64,000 nt of DNA, from IMG/VR virus record IMGVR_UViG_3300013121_000005, positions 128,001 to 192,000 of that record; one strand, written 5' to 3'. The position numbers and the translations under genes are program-made. Shown one piece after another: positions 49,155 to 59,103 of this stretch. Within the stretch, counting starts at the first letter, position 1, and every line of letters begins with the position of its first letter. The DNA comes from a virus. Its lineage: Duplodnaviria > Caudoviricetes. The notes below the pieces were generated by a model. The model was not told the DNA's origin. It was given only the letters and a program-made list of their open reading frames with translations, and did no database searches.

Positions 49155-51302
49155 ATGCCGTCGAACAAAGATCCATCCGTCGTTCAGCCTGGTCCTGGAA
49201 AGCTTGCTGCTGGTCAAGTACCGGCTAGTGCCCTAGCATTCCCTTTTGCGGGGGCTGGGGATTTAGCGGCTCACATTTCAGACCCAGTGGATGCCCACAT
49301 GAGTGGGGCCATTGGGATCCCTGAGCTGAACCCCATTACAAGTCAGCCCATCTTGTCTTCTGCTGGAGGGCCTTACGATGGGGAGTCCGTGTTTGATGCC
49401 TTGGCACAGCTTGCCGACTTGCTTCCGGTTCGCCCAGACAAGATTGGCTTCAATGGGGTGGTACCCAATTCTGGGGTACCTAATTGGACTGCGGGTCTGA
49501 CGTTTGGAGGGGGCGGGACTGCCATCCATGGAGGGTGGACAGACGGTGGGGGTACAGGCATTGTTACCAAGTACATTGCCCCAGTCGGTGAAATTGGAGT
49601 GCATGGTATTGGCGGCATGGTCTACCCTGCCGATCGAGGAGTCCTTGCGGTCTACGTCACTACCAACGCAGACTTCTTCAATGCAGCCCAGACTACATTG
49701 ATTGGGGCGTTGTGGCTGGGGGTCAACCCACCCCCAGCGGGTATCCCTGGGGCAGCCTTCAATGAAGCAGTCCGTCCTGTGGGGCAAGCCAATTACACGG
49801 CAACTGGGGTAGGTTTGGATAAGATCAGCTTGACAGCTCGACTTCCCTACCTCGCGAATTACCCAGGAGGGGAGTACACCGCATTTACCGTGAACTTCTC
49901 TGCTTACCAACTCGCGAAGTACCTGTTCAACATTACTCTCGCGGCTGGGGATAATGATAGCTATCTGTTAGTGCACTGGAAGGAATCGTACGCCACAACG
50001 CTTGCGTCGATTCAACCTGCAAACCTAACCGCCCTTACGTTGGTTGCGAACAACTGCTATTCGGCGGTTCCCTCGAATCCTACTCAATACGAGGAGGTCA
50101 ACCGGAAGAACATCTTCGTCGATTCGGATTCGGCGACAGGTGCAACTCCAGTATCCATTACAACGACCCCTGGTGGTAACCTGACTACGGGTAGGGTCTC
50201 TGGCATCGACTTCTACTCGTCTACAGCGCTCACGTTTAATATCTTGGCGACAGCAAACAACTTGTTTGCCAATGCTTATCGAACGAATGCCGTGGCCTCA
50301 GTTAGCGTCCCGGCAGGGTTTACCTCTGCAACAGACCCGGTTCAGGTTGATATGTCTGACTTTGGGGGGAGTCTGACAGGGTACCCGTTGTATGACGCGG
50401 GCACTCCCCACATTTTCAACAACGTGGGGCCAACCCCCTTCTCATTGGTGTCCCCTCCAGTTCCAGCTACCGTGGCTCGGTACTCTCATGCGACAGAGCC
50501 CATTAGTTTCGTAGCCCTTGCTAACCCAGTGTTTCCTTACGCAGCCGTTAGGTTGCTTTGGTACCCGACCTTTGGGGCTCCAGCAACGCAAACGGCTTCG
50601 GATCAGTACCTTTTCAATTCGATTGGGAACGCCAATAATTCTGGGACTTTGGAGCCTTTCAATTCGGAGCAGTATCGGTACGTCTCGAACTATGCCGCAG
50701 GTGTGGCTGCGGTCCCGATCATTCCTGCTGGGCCCAACATTTACGCTTCGGCTACCCAGTTGGTTTCCAACGACGGGAACCTCCAAGTTCATCAAGGGAG
50801 ACTGATCTACCCCACCTACAACCATTCGGCAGCTCCTTGGCAGCCTCAGACGGTGGGTGGGGATTATGCAGCCGTCCTAGCTGGAGACGGTGCAAATCAC
50901 TTGCGTCGGTACGTTCGAGCTTTCAATACTGGGATTGCTCGAAACACTGGGCAGTTGAGGATCACTGGATTGGCATTCTCAACTTTTGACGCAGGACTTA
51001 ACCCCATTGACCCGGCTGAAATCACGGATCACCCTGGAGGGGCGATTGTTCAGATCAAAGTCCCAGGTGCAACAGGGTGGCTTGATCTTGGTCGAGCAGA
51101 TGGTGTCCCGGACCTTACTAAAGCTCTTGACTTCCGTGGGTGTAGGACAGGGATTGCGGGGGATGTGTACTCTTTTGACACAGGAGCCTTCACTTCGGAC
51201 AACGGAAGCGGAGCCTTCTTGTTGTTCGTTCGTGTGACGTTCATCAAGAATGGGGCTGGGCAACTGCTTAGCGTCCAAGAGATTGAATGGCTACCCCCGT
51301 GA
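49155..51302 (+). CDS. Virion structural / fibre protein
   Basis: LAAHISDPVDAHMSGAI (H..D..AH fibre motif); beta-rich. Confidence 0.7.
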   Translation: MPSNKDPSVVQPGPGKLAAGQVPASALAFPFAGAGDLAAHISDPVDAHMSGAIGIPELNPITSQPILSSAGGPYDGESVFDALAQLADLLPVRPDKIGFNGVVPNSGVPNWTAGLTFGGGGTAIHGGWTDGGGTGIVTKYIAPVGEIGVHGIGGMVYPADRGVLAVYVTTNADFFNAAQTTLIGALWLGVNPPPAGIPGAAFNEAVRPVGQANYTATGVGLDKISLTARLPYLANYPGGEYTAFTVNFSAYQLAKYLFNITLAAGDNDSYLLVHWKESYATTLASIQPANLTALTLVANNCYSAVPSNPTQYEEVNRKNIFVDSDSATGATPVSITTTPGGNLTTGRVSGIDFYSSTALTFNILATANNLFANAYRTNAVASVSVPAGFTSATDPVQVDMSDFGGSLTGYPLYDAGTPHIFNNVGPTPFSLVSPPVPATVARYSHATEPISFVALANPVFPYAAVRLLWYPTFGAPATQTASDQYLFNSIGNANNSGTLEPFNSEQYRYVSNYAAGVAAVPIIPAGPNIYASATQLVSNDGNLQVHQGRLIYPTYNHSAAPWQPQTVGGDYAAVLAGDGANHLRRYVRAFNTGIARNTGQLRITGLAFSTFDAGLNPIDPAEITDHPGGAIVQIKVPGATGWLDLGRADGVPDLTKALDFRGCRTGIAGDVYSFDTGAFTSDNGSGAFLLFVRVTFIKNGAGQLLSVQEIEWLPP

Positions 51303-51316
51303 TGAGTCTGGGTCAG

Positions 51317-51327
51317 AACCCTTTTAT
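51317..51327 (+). promoter_or_regulatory. Putative late promoter motif (AACCCTTTTAT)
   Basis: Intergenic; ends 30 nt before ATG 51357. Confidence 0.55.
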
Positions 51328-51356
51328 GCTTTTCTCCTAGCGCAGGGAAACAATCT

Positions 51357-54300
51357 ATGGCTGGTACGTACACTCCCACCGGCAACACCTACTCGAACTT
51401 GACCCGATTGGAGCTAGAGCAGCTCCGTAAATCGGACTTCACGGCGGGAGGTAAGGGTCTAACCATTGGTGATGCTGATGGCACCGTAGGTGCCGGATCA
51501 ATCAATGCAGAGCCTTACTTCACTGGGCCTCTGCTTACTCTCAATGATGTCTACTCAGTAACCCTACCTGGTTTCCCAGCTAAGGGTTTGCTGGGAGGGG
51601 GCACCACTCCTATTGGGGTTACATCGCGAACCGTCAAGTGGTATGGCCCAACCTACATTGCAACTGGTACGACAGGGTTTGCTTCGGCACCTGCGGTTTG
51701 GACGGACGCCTCTGCAAATTTCGCGGGGAGTGGTGTTCTTGCTGGGGACATCCTCCTGATTAAGGAAACCCTTGGGGGTGATAGCAACAGTTTTGCTGTT
51801 GCTACCATCAATGCAGTTGCTCCGACGACACTTGGTTTGACTGGGATTAATAACCCTACCTGGGTCCCGACAACACAGCTTGATCCTACGATTGGTACAA
51901 ATTTCCAGTACCTTATCGTTCGTCCAAACGTCACCCAGCTCTTCGCTGTTCCTGGGTCAGGTCCTCTCGGTCGAGAGCAGTCGTTTTTGATGGTTACCCC
52001 ATCTTCGACGCTTCATGCAAACCCTGCCCCTACACTGAACCAGATCAACGCAGACCGCATTCGTAATCTGGCTTCTCCAGTTTTCAACAACGATTCTTCA
52101 GTAGACCGTGCGGATGCAGTCTTTGCTGCCCCTGCTCCTCGTACCCCTCTTAATACTGTTGGGTATCGTGTTGTGCTCTACAAGAGCAACAACACGGGTA
52201 CTGGACCAGATTTGTCTCAACCGATTGCTTCGTCTGCCCCTGTAATCGACAACCTGATTCCGGCTGATGACCAGCGTGTGACAATTGACTACAAGGCAGG
52301 CATTGTCCGTCTTTCTTGTGCCCCCCGAGCGGGAGACGACATCAAGCCTGTTGGAGGTAACCAGGGAGTTAACCCCGTTACGGGTCGTCTTCAACTCTAC
52401 GCAGTATTCTGGGGGGTAGACCAGACTTACACGGGAAAGTCGGCGGCTCATCTCTACAATGTTCGTAGTACAGATGCGGTAGCTAAAGACCCTGGAGTTG
52501 TTGTCTTTGACAACACGCATAATGGGTACTTTGTGGGATCGACGATCTCCCCGAACAACCTGTTCTTGAGGTCTCAGAGTGTAGTCGATGACCCCAATGA
52601 CCCCAATGTGAAGGCTGACCTAGGGGTGATCCTAGCAGCAGGAACGGAGAAATTCCGAGGGTTCCGGTTTCGTCAAACCTACTCGAACATCCCAAGAATG
52701 GTTGTTCGTGAGCGTTTGGACCTGGTAGCTGACTCGTTCCGAGATGCGGCGGAAGTCGCAGTGGGGGACAAGTCTGCTTTCTCCGTTGGAGGAGGTACTG
52801 CTCCAGCTCAACTTCAGGGCGCGGACTATGCCCCACTCAACGCGACTAGCAAGGGTTTTCGTGCAGGGGACTATGCCCTCACGATGGCCCTTAAAGCAGC
52901 CGCTACAGAGGGTTACGGCACTGTTCACCTTCGTAAGGGCAAGCACCTAGTCTATCGCCCCCTCTATGTCCCCCCTGGGGTTACGGTAAAGGGAGAAGGC
53001 ACCTCTACCCAGGTAGCCTCTCACTTCTCCCAAGCTTTGGGGGCATGGTCCCCAGTTTTCCGATTCGCGCCCAACACATCGTGGGGCGTCTATGACATGG
53101 ACTGGAACGAGTATGACTCGTCCTGGAACCCTCAGACGATTTTCAATTGGGCTGGGCTTACTCGTCTAGAGGGCATGGATGTTGTCTGGAACCCAACTCG
53201 ACGGGTTTGGGGTATTGTGCATGCCGACTTGTTGAACAACGAAATTTGGTTCAACGAGATCAAACCTGATGGGTCGCGTCTTATTGCGGGTTCTGGGTTT
53301 GCGGTAAAGAACAATGTCACCCCACTGTTCTCGAATACCTCCCCAAATTCCGCAGACCACACTCCAGCCCACTACCCTCGAATTGATTACCAGCAATTCC
53401 ACGACGAATACGTGGTCACTTGGGTTCAGGAAGGTGGTGCGGGGCCAGCGGGCAACGCGAAGATCCAAATTGTTACGGCTACAGCAAATGCTGGGGTTGT
53501 AACCTATGCTCGAAAGTTTTCCCCTGCAATCGATGTGACGAGTGCTCTAGGGGTCACCTACACGGATCATCCTTCTGTTGCAGTAGATAACTCGCAAACG
53601 AACTCTGGGGCGTACTACAAGATTGGGTTCTCTTGTTCAGCGGGGGCTTCCACAACCGCTGCCAATCTGAGTTGGGCTCGTTGGGTTTTGCGATCTGACA
53701 CGGGGGCGTCGATTCTTGCAGCTTCTACAGCGATCTCTGCCTACGGAGTAGTCTCGTCGACAGACGTCTCTTCTTCGGGGGAGTCTGGGATCTTCTTGTT
53801 TGCGTGCTCGCAACGGCACCACAAGTTGATTCACGGCACAGATGGGACGATGGCTGCTGGCCAGCTCACGGATGGCGTCATTTTGGACTTTGCGGCTCTA
53901 GGGGTGGAAGCCGGATCGAAGTTCCTGTACATGGCCGGGGGTATTGCTGGGGATCGGGGTCGAGATGGAATCGTTAGGTCCCTTCCGGCTGTAGGGACTC
54001 TATCTCTCCATGTGAATGACCGTGACCAAGGAGGAGGTTCCTGGGCAAACACTGCGGGTATTACCTCGTACTACATCGCACCCTTGTCTGCCTTGTATGT
54101 GGCTAGGTACGATAATACGGCCCACTCGACCCCGACCCTTTTGGCGGGATCGGTTGATACTACAGTAGACCAGTACAAGGTTGCCCAGAGAGAGCCAGAC
54201 TTCGTTCGGCTTTCACGTGGGGATGGCAAGTGGATTGTAATCTATCAGTCGTTTGATACGACTGGATTTCTTGCGACTACAACTGTCCCGAACTGGGATG

Positions 54301-57300
54301 GAGCGATCAATTCCAACTTCCAAGACTACAATACAGCTACCTACAGCAAGCTTGGAGACCAGACCCCTCAGCGCTTGCACCTAGCAACCTGTTTTACGTT
54401 GGTTGGGGAGTACGGGCAGCCTCTTGGGGGGACTCTAGATAGCTTGGCGGTCGCGGGGAGCGACGACTTCTACTCACGGGCTGGGTGGCACGCAGGGACG
54501 GTTCAGACTTCTTTGGGGGGTCGTATTGTCCCAACCCCAAATAACAACGCAATCACTCAGTTTAATCCGCGTGGCGGATACTGGGAGATGGAAATCGCAG
54601 CTCGAAACTACTGCATCCCTTGGACGGAGACCTCTTCCCCTTCGCTCATCCCAGATGTTACCTGGTCAGGCAAGGATTGGACGATTGTTAGCCCTTCGGT
54701 TAATCGGATCAAGTCCAACACTGGAACCTATAAGTTGGCTGCGGGGCCAGTCCATTGTTTGGTTGACCCAACGATGGTATTTGGTACGGGGGCCAAGAAC
54801 TCCATCACGGACGATGGGTCGTACCACCCGCCTACAATCGTAGCCCCTGGAGATTACCTCCACTTCCCTACACTTGCAGTGTACGTTCAGGTCACTGGGG
54901 TCAGTTCCGAACATGTGCTCATCCTTGCAAATGCTCCTGCGGGGGCTGTGGATGGGACCACCTATCAGTGGAGCCTAGTGCGAGCGGACTCCACAACAGG
55001 AGCAACTCAGGCAGGTATTAAGAACCCTGGGTTCCGGGTTAGCTCTCGTGGGGATGTTCTAGTATCTACGAACTTCTTCACGTTCGCGGATGAGTTGGCG
55101 GATAGCACGTCGATCTCAACACAGACCCTCCGGAGGCAGGAGACCCTTTACCGAAGGGGTTTGTTTGGGGACTACAACGTTCCTACTCTTTACAGTTTTG
55201 GGACGGAGTACGAATTCGGACCTCCCCTTCCGGTGAACACTTGGCAGGACGTTTTCCCAACCTCTCGATTGGAGTTGAATCTCTTCTATCGTGGGGTTGC
55301 AGTGGGTCGTCCTAAGGGGTTCAGTGAGTTACTTTCTCAAGAAACCCCTATGTGTGCTATCGCATGGGGTGAGAACCTTTACGGGTTTGCAGACCGCGTA
55401 GTGGCTGGAAGTACAGGCGCTCCTGGGAACTTCATCAACCAGACCATGTTCTACCGTCAGAGTTTTGGCCCTTGGGATGCAGGGGTGAAGGACCTGGCCA
55501 TTCAAGGTCCAAAGGCAGGCCCAGGTAAGCTCCAGGTACTGTCCCATCAGCACGTGTACACAAAGCACGGGCTTGGAAGGTCGGGCGGGGCTTGTTTTGG
55601 TACAGATGGTTATCGGAATGTCTTTGCCTATCTTGGGTGGGACCGATTTGCCACTCAGTTCCACCCACTCCATGCGGACTCCTACCTCTTGGGGGTGAAC
55701 TCGGTCTACACGAGTGCAGACTCTCGTGAGTCTTTGGTGATTCGAGAAGGGCGTGCCATTGGTCAAATCTCTTCGGATTTGAATCCAGCCGGGTCAGGTA
55801 ACCGAAACTTCCATCGGCCTTGCCTATTGGAAAACCTCAATGGATCTGGAGCTAAGGTTCTATGGGATGGCCAGAACTTTGTGGCCTTCATGGGAACCAT
55901 GTCTATTGTGGGGACCGTTGCGGGAGGGTCGGGGACTCGTTCGTTCCTAACCCCTGGGTTTAATCCTCGACTCCGTGGTATCGTTACCATGTACCGTCTC
56001 ACGGGGGGTGAGCATACCCAGCACGTCCCAGAGCAATTCGCAGGTCAGCATGTAACTGACCCAAACAGCGCAGGCCCTGCATTTCGAGCAGGAGGGGCTC
56101 AAGCGGTAGCTTCCACAGTGTTCTCTTGTGGAGCTGCTGGTGATGCAGACCTTCGAGAGGCTCTCAAATTCGATGTGGCCTTCTCTGGGAAGAATTTCTG
56201 CGTTGTGTGGTCGATTGGCTACAATGCTTCTGACGATTCTGCCGTAGACGTTGTAACGGGAGGGTGTATGCTGGGGTACAGCATTTTCCCTTCAGCCGCA
56301 AATACGCCACCTTCAAACCTTGAGGGTGGGTTCTATGGGTATGGTGTACAATCCTATACCGTTGATGTCTTGACTTCGGTGGAGAGCTACGACTCCAAGT
56401 TTGCTCTGATTCATCCCCAAGTAATTTGGGATGGTCAGAGGTTTGTGATCGTGTTCAATCACTACGAAGACGACACCCTTTTGACGATTCGGTCGACCGT
56501 AAAGGCTTTGACGGTTCCAGAAGATGGTCCGTCGAATAACCTGGCCATCAAGTCTATTGGAGCCGACAACGTTTACACGGATAGCGGCGGGGTACTCGAA
56601 AAGAAGCTTGGGTTCGTGATCAACGGGGAGATCGACCTGTCTCAAACAGGTTCGATTGTGTATGGGTACAAGCCTCAACCCGGGGATATCTTGTGCATCA
56701 ACCGAACCAGTGACCTTACAACTCCTGCTAGTGCTGTGGACATTGCAGGGTGGTATACCATCGTTGACTACAATCCAAAAACTCGTCGAGTTGCGGTTGG
56801 TCGAGACTTGACGGCTTTTGCCGGTAACACAGTTTACGGTGTGATCTTTGGAGGGGGTGCTGCGTCAGGGACAGCTTTTGGGGCTCCCTTCATGACGAAT
56901 GCTGGGACAAGCTATACCTCTGGTGTAGATGCCCCCTCGATTGGGCCTTCAAGCTTTGCTGGTGCTCTAACACGGCAAGGAGACATGCTCTTCTCAGCGG
57001 AGGGCCCTAACGACCTTCAAGCTATCTGGGGACTCGTTTACGACCCTCAAGAGAACGTCTACGTAGTCATGTACCAGGACACGAAAAATCATGTGTACCT
57101 GGCAAAGTTTGGGCTCGCTAGCGAAATGAAGCTGAGCGAGCCGGTTAGACTTTTCATCTATCCCCCGTTGGTTGCTACTTTGGCTTTCAATGGCAACTCC
57201 TACTTTGTGGCGGGGGGATCTAAGGATCGGTTGGAGGTTTACGAATTCTCCAGAAATTTCAAGCCCTTGTATGACACTGCGGCAGTTGTGTCTCTCACTT

Positions 57301-58397
57301 CGTCAGGTATCCTGGGTAACGGCATTGGTCAGATGCCTGGTCCAGGTTATGGGGCTAATGGGGCTGGGCATACTGGAGCCTATGGGGAGGTTACAAACCT
57401 CAAGGCTCACTGGAACGCTCGCCTTGGACGTTGGGCTCTTGCCGTAAGCTGGATTACGGATACCACGACTTACGAGTACCCCTACGATAACCTGCCAGTT
57501 GTGCAGAAACGCCTTTCTGCTTCGGCTATTGCAGGGTATGCGGATCGTACAATCACCAATGCTCCTGCTGCCTACCACGGGCAACGTGAGATTTGGCTTT
57601 ACGAGGGGGTTGTTGCAGATGCCATTGCTGGGGCGCAGACTTACACGGTCCCTGACAATTGGACTCTGGAGGACCTAGGTAAGGACTACACGGCTCTTGG
57701 GGTTTCCGCTTCTACTGATTGGCTACAAACCGTAGACACTACAGACCCCTTGTTGATCAAGCGAAGAAGAGTGCAGGTAGTGTCCCCCGGGGGCAATACG
57801 GCTCGTCTAAAGTACGATTACCCTATCTGGCGGACCCCTCAAGCATTCTATATTACAGCAGGTTCTGCCTACAAGGTTATTCGACCTGAAATCTATGCCA
57901 TCTTCAACACGAAGGACCATCTGACAGGTCCTTCTACTCGAACGGTTTTCGAGCCAGATGGGCATGTGACCCGTAACCTTGATCTTGTAGCTAACAAGGT
58001 AGATGTCTATATCTACCCCCTGTATCGTGAGGATGTCTTCCTGTTGACCTTCTCTTCTGGGGCTTCTGCGGTCCATGTGAAGGACGCGGATGGAGTCACT
58101 CTTGAAGACGTGACTATTTCGGGTACAGTTGAGGTGTCTGAGGAGTACTTGAATATGACCCGTATGGTCCACAAAACCGGAGGGGTCGAGGTTGGAGAAG
58201 TTACGGGTAACCAGACTATTGGTAACCTGGTCAAGCGAATTCCACGTCCTAAGGTTGGGGTGCAGCTTTCAACCCCAGCGGGGAAGGTAGACACAATCAC
58301 CTTCTCAAACGTCAAATCTTCGGCTTTGGTGCCTTACGGGTACACCTCGACTGGGGCAAATAGACTACTACGAGACAGTGCGAACCGGAGGAAGTGA
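51357..58397 (+). CDS. Giant tailspike/receptor-binding protein (2346 aa) with beta-helix cap and propeller-like repeats
   Basis: GTVHLRKGKH..LYVPPGVTVKGEG pectate-lyase-like cap; many (V/I)xW(D/N/S)G..(F/Y/W) blade motifs. Confidence 0.75.
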   Translation: MAGTYTPTGNTYSNLTRLELEQLRKSDFTAGGKGLTIGDADGTVGAGSINAEPYFTGPLLTLNDVYSVTLPGFPAKGLLGGGTTPIGVTSRTVKWYGPTYIATGTTGFASAPAVWTDASANFAGSGVLAGDILLIKETLGGDSNSFAVATINAVAPTTLGLTGINNPTWVPTTQLDPTIGTNFQYLIVRPNVTQLFAVPGSGPLGREQSFLMVTPSSTLHANPAPTLNQINADRIRNLASPVFNNDSSVDRADAVFAAPAPRTPLNTVGYRVVLYKSNNTGTGPDLSQPIASSAPVIDNLIPADDQRVTIDYKAGIVRLSCAPRAGDDIKPVGGNQGVNPVTGRLQLYAVFWGVDQTYTGKSAAHLYNVRSTDAVAKDPGVVVFDNTHNGYFVGSTISPNNLFLRSQSVVDDPNDPNVKADLGVILAAGTEKFRGFRFRQTYSNIPRMVVRERLDLVADSFRDAAEVAVGDKSAFSVGGGTAPAQLQGADYAPLNATSKGFRAGDYALTMALKAAATEGYGTVHLRKGKHLVYRPLYVPPGVTVKGEGTSTQVASHFSQALGAWSPVFRFAPNTSWGVYDMDWNEYDSSWNPQTIFNWAGLTRLEGMDVVWNPTRRVWGIVHADLLNNEIWFNEIKPDGSRLIAGSGFAVKNNVTPLFSNTSPNSADHTPAHYPRIDYQQFHDEYVVTWVQEGGAGPAGNAKIQIVTATANAGVVTYARKFSPAIDVTSALGVTYTDHPSVAVDNSQTNSGAYYKIGFSCSAGASTTAANLSWARWVLRSDTGASILAASTAISAYGVVSSTDVSSSGESGIFLFACSQRHHKLIHGTDGTMAAGQLTDGVILDFAALGVEAGSKFLYMAGGIAGDRGRDGIVRSLPAVGTLSLHVNDRDQGGGSWANTAGITSYYIAPLSALYVARYDNTAHSTPTLLAGSVDTTVDQYKVAQREPDFVRLSRGDGKWIVIYQSFDTTGFLATTTVPNWDGAINSNFQDYNTATYSKLGDQTPQRLHLATCFTLVGEYGQPLGGTLDSLAVAGSDDFYSRAGWHAGTVQTSLGGRIVPTPNNNAITQFNPRGGYWEMEIAARNYCIPWTETSSPSLIPDVTWSGKDWTIVSPSVNRIKSNTGTYKLAAGPVHCLVDPTMVFGTGAKNSITDDGSYHPPTIVAPGDYLHFPTLAVYVQVTGVSSEHVLILANAPAGAVDGTTYQWSLVRADSTTGATQAGIKNPGFRVSSRGDVLVSTNFFTFADELADSTSISTQTLRRQETLYRRGLFGDYNVPTLYSFGTEYEFGPPLPVNTWQDVFPTSRLELNLFYRGVAVGRPKGFSELLSQETPMCAIAWGENLYGFADRVVAGSTGAPGNFINQTMFYRQSFGPWDAGVKDLAIQGPKAGPGKLQVLSHQHVYTKHGLGRSGGACFGTDGYRNVFAYLGWDRFATQFHPLHADSYLLGVNSVYTSADSRESLVIREGRAIGQISSDLNPAGSGNRNFHRPCLLENLNGSGAKVLWDGQNFVAFMGTMSIVGTVAGGSGTRSFLTPGFNPRLRGIVTMYRLTGGEHTQHVPEQFAGQHVTDPNSAGPAFRAGGAQAVASTVFSCGAAGDADLREALKFDVAFSGKNFCVVWSIGYNASDDSAVDVVTGGCMLGYSIFPSAANTPPSNLEGGFYGYGVQSYTVDVLTSVESYDSKFALIHPQVIWDGQRFVIVFNHYEDDTLLTIRSTVKALTVPEDGPSNNLAIKSIGADNVYTDSGGVLEKKLGFVINGEIDLSQTGSIVYGYKPQPGDILCINRTSDLTTPASAVDIAGWYTIVDYNPKTRRVAVGRDLTAFAGNTVYGVIFGGGAASGTAFGAPFMTNAGTSYTSGVDAPSIGPSSFAGALTRQGDMLFSAEGPNDLQAIWGLVYDPQENVYVVMYQDTKNHVYLAKFGLASEMKLSEPVRLFIYPPLVATLAFNGNSYFVAGGSKDRLEVYEFSRNFKPLYDTAAVVSLTSSGILGNGIGQMPGPGYGANGAGHTGAYGEVTNLKAHWNARLGRWALAVSWITDTTTYEYPYDNLPVVQKRLSASAIAGYADRTITNAPAAYHGQREIWLYEGVVADAIAGAQTYTVPDNWTLEDLGKDYTALGVSASTDWLQTVDTTDPLLIKRRRVQVVSPGGNTARLKYDYPIWRTPQAFYITAGSAYKVIRPEIYAIFNTKDHLTGPSTRTVFEPDGHVTRNLDLVANKVDVYIYPLYREDVFLLTFSSGASAVHVKDADGVTLEDVTISGTVEVSEEYLNMTRMVHKTGGVEVGEVTGNQTIGNLVKRIPRPKVGVQLSTPAGKVDTITFSNVKSSALVPYGYTSTGANRLLRDSANRRK

Positions 58398-58406
58398 GAA
58401 GAGCCC

Positions 58407-59063
58407 ATGTCGACCCACTACCTTGTCAGCCTGTTCGACAATCAAATCAATGGGGTTATCGTGCCTTCAGCAGCACCCCCCATGTCTACCACTACGGGTA
58501 ACTATGTCGTTCGAGTGCCCGATGATGTACCAGTCAAGAACCCAACCAATCTAGCAGACTTGCTGACTAAGAAATACGCTGGTATTCTTGGGACGCACGG
58601 GCTTTTCACTCAGATCGCCTATGATGATATGCTAGATTCCCTTGGGACTAACTTTGTACTTAGTCGTGGGATTACGGCAGGGGACAAAGGGGTCATTGGG
58701 ATTTACCCTACCAATGCAGGCTGGATCCCTCTGTACCAAAGTACCCCTTTGGGGGTTGTTTGGGGAGGGGCTCCTCCTGGCCCTCCTCAAGCTCTTGTTA
58801 CTTATGAGCTTTTTGAGTATGTAGACACGGATGACAAGAATCTCACTTACGTTCGCAAGTACCGGGAGGTTCCTGTTGACGTGGATGTTCTTGTTGAGGT
58901 AAGTTTCAATGGTGGGGCTACATTTGTCCCTACCACGGATAAGGCTCTCGTGTCGATTCCACTCGCCGCAAGAGGCGTTTCAATTGTGCTTCGGTTTACG
59001 CGGACAACCTCGATCGCCTCTAGGGGTCGGGTGCTAATTGGGTCTTGGGCGGTCCTTTTCTAA
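58407..59063 (+). CDS. Hypothetical virion structural protein
   Basis: 218 aa with a VEVSFNGGATF Asp-box-like motif and IVLRFT; GGAGG upstream. Confidence 0.7.
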   Translation: MSTHYLVSLFDNQINGVIVPSAAPPMSTTTGNYVVRVPDDVPVKNPTNLADLLTKKYAGILGTHGLFTQIAYDDMLDSLGTNFVLSRGITAGDKGVIGIYPTNAGWIPLYQSTPLGVVWGGAPPGPPQALVTYELFEYVDTDDKNLTYVRKYREVPVDVDVLVEVSFNGGATFVPTTDKALVSIPLAARGVSIVLRFTRTTSIASRGRVLIGSWAVLF

Positions 59064-59078
59064 AAGGCACAGTGCCGG

Positions 59079-59089
59079 ATTCTTTTGAT
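59079..59089 (+). promoter_or_regulatory. Putative late promoter motif (ATTCTTTTGAT), preceded by palindrome GGCAC-A-GTGCC (59066-59076)
   Basis: Intergenic; ends 15-18 nt before the start at 59104/59107. Confidence 0.55.
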
Positions 59090-59103
59090 ACGTAAAGGGT
59101 TCA

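Noticed and set aside
59066-59086. Rho-independent terminator
   Set aside because: Stem is only 4-5 bp and separated from the T-run, which is better explained as part of the promoter-like motif.
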